Of a stretch of 37,142 nucleotides of DNA, positions 18,237 to 28,472 are shown piece after piece (within the stretch, counting starts at the first letter, position 1; the number at the start of each line of letters is the position of its first letter). A model generated the notes under the pieces. That model was not told where the DNA came from. It worked only from the letters and a program-made list of their open reading frames with translations, and searched no databases. Position numbers and translations under genes: made by a program. The stretch is from Candidatus Heimdallarchaeota archaeon. Lineage in GTDB: Archaea; Asgardarchaeota; Wukongarchaeia; Wukongarchaeales; JBHIFL01. The stretch covers positions 1 to 37,142 of the forward strand of contig JBHIFL010000042.1 of the NCBI GenBank assembly GCA_046761065.1, read 5' to 3'.

Positions 18237-20387
18237 TTGAAATACATTGAAAAGGATTTCCCTCTCGAGGAATTAAGTCAAATTGCAAAGAAAGAAGGCA
18301 CTCCTGCCCTCAAACACCCCCTTCATGGGATTCATAAATGGTGGGCACGTCGCCCAAACAGTGTCTTTAGAATGATCATCCTCACCACCTTTCTTGAAGG
18401 ATCCCTGGAATCACATGAACTTTGGGAGACATTTTATCGGGCGACATTTCTCGATAAAACATTAGGTACATCTCCAATAATCCTTGATCCCTTTATGGGT
18501 GGAGGAACTACAATTGTAGAGGGGTTACAGCTAAATACACGTGTTATAGGGGTTGATATTAACCCTGTAGCTTGGTTTGTTACAAAAAAAACGATTGATT
18601 CATTATGCTTTGAATTGCTAGCTCCCGAACTAGACCAGTTGGAAAAACGGATTGAGTTTATGAAAGCATATTACCTAACACACTGCCCTCTCTGTGGAGG
18701 TAAAGCAGATGTAATGTATTTTTTTTGGGTAAAAAAAGTAAAATGCGTGAATTGCAAAAACCTTGTTCCATTGCATCCTAATTTTAGAATCACAACCCGC
18801 AGAGGGAAGGTAAACATCGTGTTCTGCCCCCAATGTGGCCATATTTTCAACATCAAAACCTCCGATTCTGCTCCTGTTTCTTGCAAAAACTGTCATTATA
18901 CGTTCATCCCTTCTAAAGGCTACGTTACTGGACGTGGATACTTCATTTGTCCCTTCTGTCAAAACCGAAATGCAGTCCTTCGAGCGGCACAACTTCAAGG
19001 AAAAATTCCTGAGTTAGAAATGTATGCAATTGAATATTATTGCCCAACCGATGAGCGGCATTATAAAAAACCTGACTCAATGGATCAAGCGGTCTTTGAA
19101 AAAGCTGTTTCTTCTTTCGAAGAAAAAAGGGATCAATTACCCTATCCACGGCAAAAAATCCCTGACGGATTCAACTATCAGCAAGCCAAGAACTATGGGT
19201 ATGAATACTTCTATCAAATGTTCAACAAGAGGCAGCTCTTAATCCTCTCCACCCTTCTTGAGGGGATTCTGGCAATTCACGATCAAAACACCCGGGAGTT
19301 TATGCTACTGGCGTTCTCGGATTCCCTTCAATATAATAATATGTTCACTCGTTATCATCGATCAAATGCGAAAGTCGAAAGCATGTTTGCAAAGCATGCT
19401 TACTGGCCTCCAACAACTACAGTGGAAAACAATACTTGGGGCATTCTTGGGAAGAACAAGACTCCGCAAGCGGGGAGTTTTCGGAGAAGCATCCAAAAAT
19501 TGCGGGATGGTAAGCAGTTCTGTTTAAATCCTTATCGGTTGCATGTAACATACGAAGGAAAGACCCATAAGATTCAGCTTTCTAATAGCACTGTTGAAGG
19601 CTATATAGTTCACACTTTTCAAGAGCTTAAGAAACACGAACACAGTGTTCTGCTAAAATGTCAAACCTCTGAAAACCTTCATTTCATCCCTGATAAGTCG
19701 ATAGATGCTGTGATTACTGATCCCCCTTATTTTGATAATATAATGTATTCAGAGGTCTCTGATTTTTTTTACGTATGGCTTAGGATTGGACTGCGTGACA
19801 ATCCAATATTTCAACCTCTCTTAACGCCACGAGCTCGAGAAATAATCGTCAATCCTGCACTGAATGGAAAACAGGATTCGAGGTTCTTTCTTGAAGGGTT
19901 AACGAACGTGTTTCGAGAAGCCCATCGCGTCTTAAAGGAGAATGGACTGTTCACTTTCACATTTCATCATAAAAACACGGTCGCTTGGTCTGTTGTTTTA
20001 TTATCTTTACTCAATAGTGGGTTTACTATTATTTCAGTTTATCCGATCCAATCTGAAATGGGGTCCTCTCTTCACATCCGGGATAAACAGGCTTGTCACT
20101 TTGATACGATCATAACCGCCAAAAAAAGGGATACTCCCAAGCAAACAATCACTTGGGATCAACTCGAGGAACAAATCTCCCTTAGGGCCAAGCAACTTCT
20201 TACACGAATACGAAAAGCACACAAAAACTTAACGGGGGCTGATCTTTCTTCAATTGTACTTGGGAAATGTCTAGAACTTTATTCTCATCATCATCCTAAT
20301 GTTTATCATAAACAGAAACAAATGGAAATCTCTTCTGTCATCACAAAGATGATGACACTTATAGAAACCCTCTCATCTACTGCTTGA
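18237..20387 (+). CDS. Adenine-specific DNA methyltransferase with Zn-ribbons (DUF1156/COG1743-like), orphan
   Basis: HKWWARRP, motif I DPFMGGGT, GVDINPVA, five CxxC pairs, motif IV TDPPY..N..Y.E.SDFFY.W, FTFHH. Confidence 0.88.
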   Translation: MKYIEKDFPLEELSQIAKKEGTPALKHPLHGIHKWWARRPNSVFRMIILTTFLEGSLESHELWETFYRATFLDKTLGTSPIILDPFMGGGTTIVEGLQLNTRVIGVDINPVAWFVTKKTIDSLCFELLAPELDQLEKRIEFMKAYYLTHCPLCGGKADVMYFFWVKKVKCVNCKNLVPLHPNFRITTRRGKVNIVFCPQCGHIFNIKTSDSAPVSCKNCHYTFIPSKGYVTGRGYFICPFCQNRNAVLRAAQLQGKIPELEMYAIEYYCPTDERHYKKPDSMDQAVFEKAVSSFEEKRDQLPYPRQKIPDGFNYQQAKNYGYEYFYQMFNKRQLLILSTLLEGILAIHDQNTREFMLLAFSDSLQYNNMFTRYHRSNAKVESMFAKHAYWPPTTTVENNTWGILGKNKTPQAGSFRRSIQKLRDGKQFCLNPYRLHVTYEGKTHKIQLSNSTVEGYIVHTFQELKKHEHSVLLKCQTSENLHFIPDKSIDAVITDPPYFDNIMYSEVSDFFYVWLRIGLRDNPIFQPLLTPRAREIIVNPALNGKQDSRFFLEGLTNVFREAHRVLKENGLFTFTFHHKNTVAWSVVLLSLLNSGFTIISVYPIQSEMGSSLHIRDKQACHFDTIITAKKRDTPKQTITWDQLEEQISLRAKQLLTRIRKAHKNLTGADLSSIVLGKCLELYSHHHPNVYHKQKQMEISSVITKMMTLIETLSSTA

Positions 20388-20449
20388 CTTATTGAAGTTG
20401 ATCAGTTTGCGATCCTTCATCGACTTTATTAAGAACACTTGTTCCTAAG

Positions 20450-21031
20450 TTATTTCTTTTGGCGCCTTTTTCGTGCTCTAACAGACGGTCTGAAATGTTC
20501 CCGTCCTATCCCCCTGCCTCGAAGTCCTCTGACTTTTTTTCCAGCACTGGTCAATCCTCTATACACGCGGTGACGATGCTGAGGTGCCGTTATCCAGCTA
20601 ATCCGCTTATCATTCTTTATCACTGGATGGTGTGGGTCCCCAAGTAGCACTTCAAACCACTTATACCGTCCATCTTCGCCAACCCAGTAGGATCCCACCA
20701 CTTCTAAATTCAAAAATCTTCTGGCCGCACGTTCTTCAGCGATCCATTGGAGGTTTTTGCCCGGTGTCTTATGTATTGTCATCTTTTTTGACCGCCGACC
20801 TAAACGAGGCCATGGTTTTCGCCGCCCCCCTCTTCTTACACGAACCCTAGCAACAATATATCCTTGCTTTGCTTTATACCCGAGACCCCTCGCGCGATCC
20901 AAGCGGGTAGGGCGCTCAATCCGGGTCACAACCCCCTCACGTCTCCATACGATGAGCCTAGTTCTCATCAGCTGTTTGAACTTCTCACTGTTTTTATTTC
21001 GCCAGAAATCTGCAATCGCATGGTATGCCAT
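20450..21031 (-). CDS. rpl15e: Ribosomal protein L15e (eL15)
   Basis: [50 protein letters not shown]. Confidence 0.98.
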   Translation of the reverse strand: MAYHAIADFWRNKNSEKFKQLMRTRLIVWRREGVVTRIERPTRLDRARGLGYKAKQGYIVARVRVRRGGRRKPWPRLGRRSKKMTIHKTPGKNLQWIAEERAARRFLNLEVVGSYWVGEDGRYKWFEVLLGDPHHPVIKNDKRISWITAPQHRHRVYRGLTSAGKKVRGLRGRGIGREHFRPSVRARKRRQKK

Positions 21032-21425
21032 TATGTTTCTCCTCCTTTGTGCACTTATATTCGTATCAGTGCATTCTCATGGTAATTAAGAAACACCTGC
21101 CTATTCACAGGATGTTTTTCCATGAGCCTGTCACAAGATCGTGTATGACGTCATATCTTCTCCAACAGTCTGTGCATTCCCCAAAAATCTTTTCTAACTG
21201 GAAATCTCGATCTTTTAATCGTTTGATAAGGGCATTCTTATGTATTGTCGTTAATACAAAAACAATTTTCTTCGAGTCTTCTTTCTATAGCGCGCATAAG
21301 ACGCGAATTATTCCAGCAATTTGTCTTTATGTTATAATCTCTTTGGTTCCAAAACATGTATTCCAAAAGTAACCTTATCATAAGATAACAAAAAGAGCTC
21401 TAAGTTTGCAAAGAGGTAGTTTTCC

Positions 21426-22628
21426 ATGAATGCGGAGGAAGAATGCGAAGAACTTTTGTCACTAACTGAGTTCGAAGTGCTTTCACTTATTGCCATTAGG
21501 TCCGATCTTCATGAAGGTCCTGAAGGCGTTCGCCACTTTTTACGGGAAGTATATCGATACCCAGGACTTGGAACCCGAAAGGTTGCGCAGAAAGTGGGAC
21601 TCCCTCTCCCTGTTGCAGTGGCAGTTCGAAATGAGCTAGAACGTATTGGGCTATGTAGAGGAAAGGGTGGTATTCGTCTTTCTGAATGTGGACGAACTTT
21701 CGTTGAGCAAAAAATGGGAATTCGGGTTCGGACAAACTTTCTTTGCCCACGGTGTATGGGGTCTGGGATGATAATTCCTCATGAGGTCGAAACAATCAAA
21801 CAGCAGATGCTCCCGTACTTTAAAATGCGGGGTCCGCCCAACACTACAATTGATCAAGCGTTTGCAACCCCAGAAACAAGTTTAAAGCGCGCTATATTTG
21901 TGTGTGAGCACGATTGTATCGAAGGTCGCCAGATAATTTTTCTCGGTGATGGGGATCTGACCTCACTTCCTATTACGTTATTCGGTGGAGCCAGAAGATT
22001 GACTGTTCTTGATATAGATCCCCGTGTGGGGAGGATCCTCGAACAGTTCAACCAAGAAAATTCCACAGAGATAGAGTTTGTTCTTCATGATCTTCGGAAT
22101 TGCATTCCGGAGCATCTACGGACTCAATATGATGTAGTTTTGACTGATCCGCCGTATACACTCCCTGGCGCGGATCTTTTTCTTTTAAGAAGCTTAGAAT
22201 GTTTGAAATCTGACACTTCTGGCTCCATATTTTTGTCATTTGTAGTTCAATCCCCTGAGAATGCTTTGAAACTTCACACAATTTTCGTTGAGAAAGAATT
22301 AATAATCCAACAAATCATACCGGGTTTTAATATCTATGAGGGAGCTCGAATCATCGGTAGTCGTTCTAACTTCTACCATCTCGTGACGGCTCCCTCAAGA
22401 CGTGAAATTGCCCCCCAAAAGTATGAGGGGAAGCTCTACACTGGCGAAATTCGTGAAACATTTCGAATCTATCGTTGTAAGTGTAACGCTGAGATTGAGG
22501 TGGGGGCATCTTCATCCATTCCTACTATTGAGGCGCTGAAAACGCATGGTTGTCCGACGTGTGGGGCCAAAAAAGGCTTCAGAATGATGTCGCGAGTACC
22601 ATTTGATCCCCCTTCCGAGAATAAGTGA
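21426..22628 (+). CDS. BpsA/DUF43-family (bis-aminopropyl spermidine synthase-like) SAM-fold protein with N-terminal HTH and Zn-knuckles
   Basis: DQ..ATPET..KRA, FLGDGDLTS, LDIDPR, HDLR, TDPPYT..G..LFL.R, PGFN.Y.GA; CPRC and CKC...CPTC. Confidence 0.8.
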   Translation: MNAEEECEELLSLTEFEVLSLIAIRSDLHEGPEGVRHFLREVYRYPGLGTRKVAQKVGLPLPVAVAVRNELERIGLCRGKGGIRLSECGRTFVEQKMGIRVRTNFLCPRCMGSGMIIPHEVETIKQQMLPYFKMRGPPNTTIDQAFATPETSLKRAIFVCEHDCIEGRQIIFLGDGDLTSLPITLFGGARRLTVLDIDPRVGRILEQFNQENSTEIEFVLHDLRNCIPEHLRTQYDVVLTDPPYTLPGADLFLLRSLECLKSDTSGSIFLSFVVQSPENALKLHTIFVEKELIIQQIIPGFNIYEGARIIGSRSNFYHLVTAPSRREIAPQKYEGKLYTGEIRETFRIYRCKCNAEIEVGASSSIPTIEALKTHGCPTCGAKKGFRMMSRVPFDPPSENK

Positions 22629-22871
22629 GAATTTCCTTTTCAATGAGTGTCAGATTTTTTTCAAGAATCCATTAATTCTAGAATGAGTTTCAGATTGGAA
22701 ATATGCCAGATTTATTCGAAACCTATGCTTGGAAAACTTCCAGCAATCTCTGGGTCCCCTCTAAGGGATTGGAGTTCAAATTGCACACACTCATCATGTC
22801 TAAGAATGCTTTCTTACTTCCCCAACTCCTCTAAAGTGGGTGGGAAGGGGTTGCCATATGTCACATTGACT

Positions 22872-25103
22872 CTACTGTTTCGTTATCCTTCGTGCCAGAA
22901 CGACAAGGCAAGCAAGGGCAAGCAGCAACTCGACCGAGCAAAACCCTGGAATGAAAGCGGTGGGGGTATCCGTCGTCGCAGTGTCCGTTGCCGTACCCGG
23001 GGTCGTGCTGGGGTACTCTGCTGGATCCTGAGGATTGGTTCCTGCGGTCACCTCTGCCCCATCTGAATATGTATCACTATCAGTGTCCACGACCAAGGGG
23101 TCAGTCTCGTACGTGAGCACCTCCGCCCCGTCTGCCAGTCCATCCCCATCGGTATCCGCGACCAAAGGTTTGGTCTTGTACGTAAGCACCTCTTCCCCAT
23201 CTCCTAATTCATCCCTGTCTGTATCTACGACAGTGGCGTTAGTCCCGTACCGATCGACCTCAGCCACATTGGCCAGCCCATCCCCATCGGTGTCCACCTC
23301 GGCATCGGGAACCCACGGGTTGGTTCCATATTTGGTGACCTCCTCCGTATCTAGGAGCCCATCCCCATCGGTGTCCGTTTCCGTGGCGGGTTCGGGCATC
23401 AGGGGATCTCTGCCATAGCGTAACTCGTCATCATCGGCGAACCCATCCCTATCGGTATCATAAAAGGGGGGATCGTACTCCTCTACTGTACTAAGGCGCT
23501 GATTCCCATCATACCCCCCAATCGCATAGAGCCGCCCCCGCACCACGGCGGCAGCCAACCCGGAACGCGGAGTTGGCAGGGGAGTTCGGCTCTTCCATGT
23601 GTTGGATAGGGGATCATATTCCTCCACAGGAGACGGATAGGTTTCCAAGCCCCCGATCGCGTACAGCCGCCCGCCCACAATGCCTGCCGCTAAGCTGATC
23701 TGGGCAGTCGGCATATCAGCTACCCGGCGCCAGGTGTTGAGAATGGGATTGTACTCCTCGACCGTCGCTAAAGGCCCATCTATTGCATTAAAGCCTCCAA
23801 GGGCGTAGATCCGGCCGTGGACCATTGCCACGGCCAAGCCATACCGGCGGGTCGCCATATCGGCTCGGGGGCGCCAGGTATTGGTTGCGGGATCGTACTC
23901 CTCAACCGTCTACTGATATCCTTCTGCGATTTCGTTCTGGCCACCAATAGCGAAGATCCGCCCGCCGACGGCCGCCATGGCCAGGCCATACCGATGGGTC
24001 GGCATAGGGGCCCGGCGACGCCACGTGTCAGTCGTGGGATCGTACTCCTCTACAGTCGGTAGATAATTGGTGCCGTCCCAGCCCCCAAGCACATAGATCT
24101 TTCCGTTCACTGCTGTTGCTGCCAACCAACCCCGGGCAGTAGGCATCGGGGCTCGAGAACGCCAGGTGTCAGTCGCGGGATTGTACTCCTCCATGGTCGC
24201 TAGATTCTGGATTCCATTAAAGCCGCCGATCGCGTAGATTCGCTCATTAACGACCGCTACCGCAAGATCGGCCCGTGGGGTGGGCATCGGGGCGCAGGGG
24301 TGCCAGACATCCCCGCCTAGCATTTGGTTATAATGCGTCTGTATCTCTATTTCGCTCAAGGCGCGATTGTAAATGCGGAATTCATCGATGATTCCATGGA
24401 AATATCTCATGCTCATGTGGCGCCCTTCATCATCCCACCTACCAATAGAAGGATTGCGGGCATGATATCCAACGTTAGATCCTGATTCCACTTTTGTTGT
24501 TTTTAAAACAAAATCGACATATATCTTTGATTCAGAGGATGTCATTGTCCAAGCAACATGATGCCAAGAATCTCCTAAAGATAGACCGGTAATAGCAGGC
24601 GTATTTTGGGAAAATACGCCATACCAATCACGAAGAGACGCACCACTTTTATCAGCTCTAATACCAATACTAGTTGAACTCATTTCGAAAACAAGGTCAT
24701 TATGATCAACCGGTGTGGCATCCGAAAGTATCGTACCAATATTGCTACCACTGGTGTAATAAACCCAACATTCTATGGTGAGTTCTGTCATATCAACCAA
24801 GGACTTTGATAAACTTACATAATCATCCACTCCATCAAACACGAGAGCCCTCCCGGAAATGCCCGCTGTCCAGCGCGCCCCGTAAATCATGCCGTCGTTA
24901 TGATTGCCTGAGTGGTCATAGACGGTGCTGCCCGTGCCTTCGTCCATAGGGAGGTGAAGAACTAACCCCTTCGCTTCAGAAACTGCCCCTTGCACTTCCA
25001 GTGTAGAAAAACTCGCTAAGGCAACGCCTGAAAGGACCAATAACAAGCATAATCCGAAAAGATGCAACTCAAACTGTTTCCAAGCCATTTTTCTCCATAT
25101 CAT
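22872..25103 (-). CDS. Secreted/anchored surface protein: signal peptide, LamG, 6 Kelch repeats, DTDxDG Ca-binding repeats, PGF-CTERM-like anchor; interrupted by in-frame TAG at 23910-23912
   Basis: The two ORF-track ORFs share a frame: ...GYQ-TAG-TVEEYDPATNTWRPRAD-MATRR...; six IYxIGG...EEYDP...W blades; C-terminal Thr-rich linker, IPGF, hydrophobic helix, RR. Confidence 0.8.
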
Positions 25104-25560
25104 TTAATTGAGGTATAGATTTAACCAACGATTAAATTATTTCAACTTATCAATAAATAAATTTTAGTGCAAAATATCCACGATGATAAAAAACATCATG
25201 GAACTGCTCGTGAACGGGCGGGTTGGAAGGGACCGAGAGATTTACGACTCTTGATTTTGAATTAAGCCGATTCAGGTTTAATTTCCTTCAAAAGGGAGTC
25301 TTACTGGCATTACGTTCTATCCAAGATGAAATAGCGGCGTATTCACCCGTCCGAAAATGCTTCTCGCAATGGTAGAACTTCTACTCATTACTCTCTCATT
25401 TATTGGATCTTTTAGCTGGCTTTCCTCTGCATGATCATAACATACATACATAATTCAAATGAAAATTGCGTCAAACTCAACTTTGTTCATCATAAAAAGA
25501 AGGAAGCTACCCCCCAAAACTAAATCCTTACTTAATACGCAAACTCTAAAAAATCAGCCG

Positions 25561-26112
25561 TTAGCAAATTTCTTTGGTCATTATCACTCGGTCAAGATAC
25601 TTTCCTTTTCTATATATCCCCTTTGGGATTCGGCCAGTCTCCTTGAAGCCCACCTTTTCATAAACGTGAATGGCGCTCTTGTTCGTGGCAAACACTGTGA
25701 GCGTCAGTACTTTTAAGCCCATCACATCCGCTTGATCAATCAGGGTCTTCATCATTTTCGTACCAATGCCTATGTCCTGTAACCCGATTTTATTAATATG
25801 CCTAAATCCCCCACTTGATTTTCACAACGAAATCTCCGTTTCGTTATTCCAGAACTAGCCACAACCCTTCCATCAACTTCAGCAACTATGTATAAAGCTT
25901 CGTCTTTCTCTAACTGAGCTATAGCTCTAGATAACCAGTCAACTTCCTCATCTCGGGTTTTTTTTAGTCTCAAACTCTATCTCAACACCTTCTTCTACAA
26001 GCGAATTGATTAACTCCACAAGATCGTCAAGATCCTCCCATCTTGGTGTTCTAAGAATAACTTGTCTTCCATTCGTAGCAGTAAAACGGTGTAAAATTTT
26101 ATTTGGTTTCAT
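25561..26112 (-). pseudogene. GNAT family N-acetyltransferase, two frameshifts
   Basis: MKPNKILHRF..VILRTPRWEDLDDL..; extra A in the A8 run (~25958-25965); missing base at GYR|DIGIG (~25776); C-terminus N.SAIHVYEKVGF. Confidence 0.8.
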
Positions 26113-26138
26113 TCACATGCCTCGTTTTATATACTATC

Positions 26139-27437
26139 TTAAACATCAAGAGATGTCCAATCCGCTAGCTTTTCCCTACGCCGTAATTTCATGATCCGTT
26201 CTTCATTTACAGTATAGATCGCAGGTCTTGGATAGCCAAACTGCTCACTCATCGAAATGGTGTAGGCCCCGGTATTCAAAATAGCAAGGATATCTCCTTC
26301 TTTAGTCTCAAAGTTGACTTTGACACCTTGAAGTCTATCCGTTGGTAGACAGAGGGGGCCTCCTATCTCTTTGATGCTCGAACGTGTGGTAGTTCTCGTG
26401 GGGATGACATCAAAGGTTGAAAACCTCAGTGGGATGAGAAAATGGGCGCCTGCATCTACTAGCAGCCAGTTCCTGCCCCAATTTTTCTTCTCTCGTATGA
26501 TTTTGGTTAAGACAACAAAGGAGTCTCCCACCAAGAATCTCCCGGGCTCCAAGATCAAGACATACGGTGTCTCTATCTTTGACATCGCTGAATGAATTTT
26601 CTCGGCGAAGTCACGCATATTATGCCCTGTCGATTCAATTAGGTATCTGCTTGCGAATCCTCCACCAAGATTAATCGTATTAATCTCTATATTGTCCTTC
26701 TGGAGTTCAATAACAAATTCTTGGACAAAACTCGCAACTCCCTCATGGAGTGCTGGGGTTGCTTGTTGAGTACCGATATGAATGTGGATGGCTGAGATGT
26801 CCAAGACTTTTGATTTAGCGGCGTATTTCAATATTTTTGTGGCTCGAGCAGGATCTAAACCGAGTTTCGAAGTCTTTCTTACTAAGGCACGTTTCTCAAG
26901 CGCCTCCTCTAACAGGGGATGCAGGCGAATACCTAATTGGGTCCGAGGTTCCTCTCCATGAGCTCCTGTCTTTTTCATGAGACGTTCAATATCTTTCAAC
27001 TCTGCGAACGAATCGATATTGATCATCCTCACCCCCATGGCAAGAGCACGCTGGAGTTCCTCAATGGTCTTGGCTGGGCCATTAAAGATCATCGTCGAAG
27101 GGGCAAACCTATTGGTTTGGGCAAGTTCCATCTCAAATGCGCTCATGACTTCTGCCCAACACCCAACGGAACTCGCAACTGCTAACACATAGGACAATGT
27201 ATTGGCTTTGAGGGCGTAAGCGATGTATACCTCCTCAAAAAATTCCTGAAAGGCATTTGAAATATTAGATATGTTGTCTTTAAACCGCTCTTGACTAAAA
27301 ACAAATATGGGGGTCTGGTCTTCTCGAAGAAACTGTTTGTAGGGGATTCCCTCGATTTCAAGAACTCCCATCTTATATTCTAAACTCCCAATCTTCTTAC
27401 TTAGTTCTTCCCACTCAAATGAAGTTTTCTCATTCAT
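26139..27437 (-). CDS. Fold-type III PLP decarboxylase (diaminopimelate/ornithine decarboxylase family)
   Basis: YALKAN PLP lysine, FNGPAK, HIHIGTQ, NLGGGF, EPGRFLV, GPLC, GAY. Confidence 0.88.
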   Translation of the reverse strand: MNEKTSFEWEELSKKIGSLEYKMGVLEIEGIPYKQFLREDQTPIFVFSQERFKDNISNISNAFQEFFEEVYIAYALKANTLSYVLAVASSVGCWAEVMSAFEMELAQTNRFAPSTMIFNGPAKTIEELQRALAMGVRMINIDSFAELKDIERLMKKTGAHGEEPRTQLGIRLHPLLEEALEKRALVRKTSKLGLDPARATKILKYAAKSKVLDISAIHIHIGTQQATPALHEGVASFVQEFVIELQKDNIEINTINLGGGFASRYLIESTGHNMRDFAEKIHSAMSKIETPYVLILEPGRFLVGDSFVVLTKIIREKKNWGRNWLLVDAGAHFLIPLRFSTFDVIPTRTTTRSSIKEIGGPLCLPTDRLQGVKVNFETKEGDILAILNTGAYTISMSEQFGYPRPAIYTVNEERIMKLRRREKLADWTSLDV

Positions 27438-27557
27438 ACGGCTCTACTCAGGCATATTTCCAGATAAAAATTAATACCTCTGATATTATTATCTTCTGTT
27501 CTAAACCGGTTCATTAATCCTGAATACCACCTTAGCTGACTGGTCATGGAATTTGTG

Positions 27558-28472
27558 TTACATGTCCTTTAATTTATTGAGGATCTGTTGAGCAATTATT
27601 TCTCCGATAGCTTCTTGAGCTTCTTGGGTTTGTCCAGCTATGTGTGGTGTAACTACTATATTATTCAACTTAAATAGGGGATCTTCTCCAGGAGGCTCCG
27701 TTTCAAACACGTCCAGACCGGCACCTCCAATACCTCCCGATTTCAGAGCGCGATAGAGCGCAGATTGATCAACCACACCTCCACGAGAGGTGTTGATTAG
27801 TATTGCCTCCTTTTTCATTTTCTTAAAGGTCTCTGCATTAAACATCTTTACCGTCGAGGGCAATAATGGCACATGGATCGTAATGATATCCGCTTGAGCT
27901 AGTAACTCTCCAAAACTCACATATTTAACTCCCATCTCACGAACTTCGTCATACTGGATCACATCATAGCCAATGACTTTTGCTCCGAAGGCCATCGCGA
28001 TCTTGGCAACGATTTGTCCGATCGCCCCTGTTCCAACGATTCCTAACGTCTTTCCATTAAGTGTCTTCCCTATCATTTGTTTTTTCAACCATTCCCCCCT
28101 TCGTAGACCCGCATCACCCACAAGGATCTTCCGCAAGACTGCTAGCATCAGTGTAATGGTGAGTTCCGCTACCGATTGCGCAGGTGCCGCTGCCGCATTC
28201 ACTACAAGAACACCCACTTCTTTTGCAGTCTCAGTGTCAATATTATCAAGTCCAACCCCATACCGGGCAATTATTTTGAGCTTCGTTCCCGCACGGATGA
28301 CTTCTGCATCCACCTGTGTTCTACCTCTGACAACTAAGGCCTCAACTTCTTTAACCTTCTCTAAAAGCCCAGCTCGATCCAGATCTAAATCTTCTACAAC
28401 CTTAATGCCTTCTGCCTTGAGACGCTCTATGAGCGTTTTGTCTACTGGATCTACAATGAGAGTTACCACCAT
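27558..28472 (-). CDS. D-2-hydroxyacid dehydrogenase, short D-3-phosphoglycerate dehydrogenase-like (no ACT domain)
   Basis: GVGLDNID, SVAEL, GTGAIG Rossmann, INTSRGGVVD, LDVF..EPP, TPHIAGQT.EAQ. Confidence 0.9.
   Translation of the reverse strand: MVVTLIVDPVDKTLIERLKAEGIKVVEDLDLDRAGLLEKVKEVEALVVRGRTQVDAEVIRAGTKLKIIARYGVGLDNIDTETAKEVGVLVVNAAAAPAQSVAELTITLMLAVLRKILVGDAGLRRGEWLKKQMIGKTLNGKTLGIVGTGAIGQIVAKIAMAFGAKVIGYDVIQYDEVREMGVKYVSFGELLAQADIITIHVPLLPSTVKMFNAETFKKMKKEAILINTSRGGVVDQSALYRALKSGGIGGAGLDVFETEPPGEDPLFKLNNIVVTPHIAGQTQEAQEAIGEIIAQQILNKLKDM

Noticed and set aside
21025-21372. 115-aa ORF between rpl15e and the BpsA-like gene
   Set aside because: Covers a divergent promoter region, atypical composition, no motifs
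23035-24300. Periodic DNA repeats suggesting CRISPR or a DGR template/variable pair
   Set aside because: They are coding Kelch and DTDxDG repeats with synonymous divergence; no cas or reverse transcriptase gene in the window
352-25103. Genome-wide TAG-to-pyrrolysine recoding
   Set aside because: TAG is the evident terminator of actin (after HRCI), Brix and the surface protein itself
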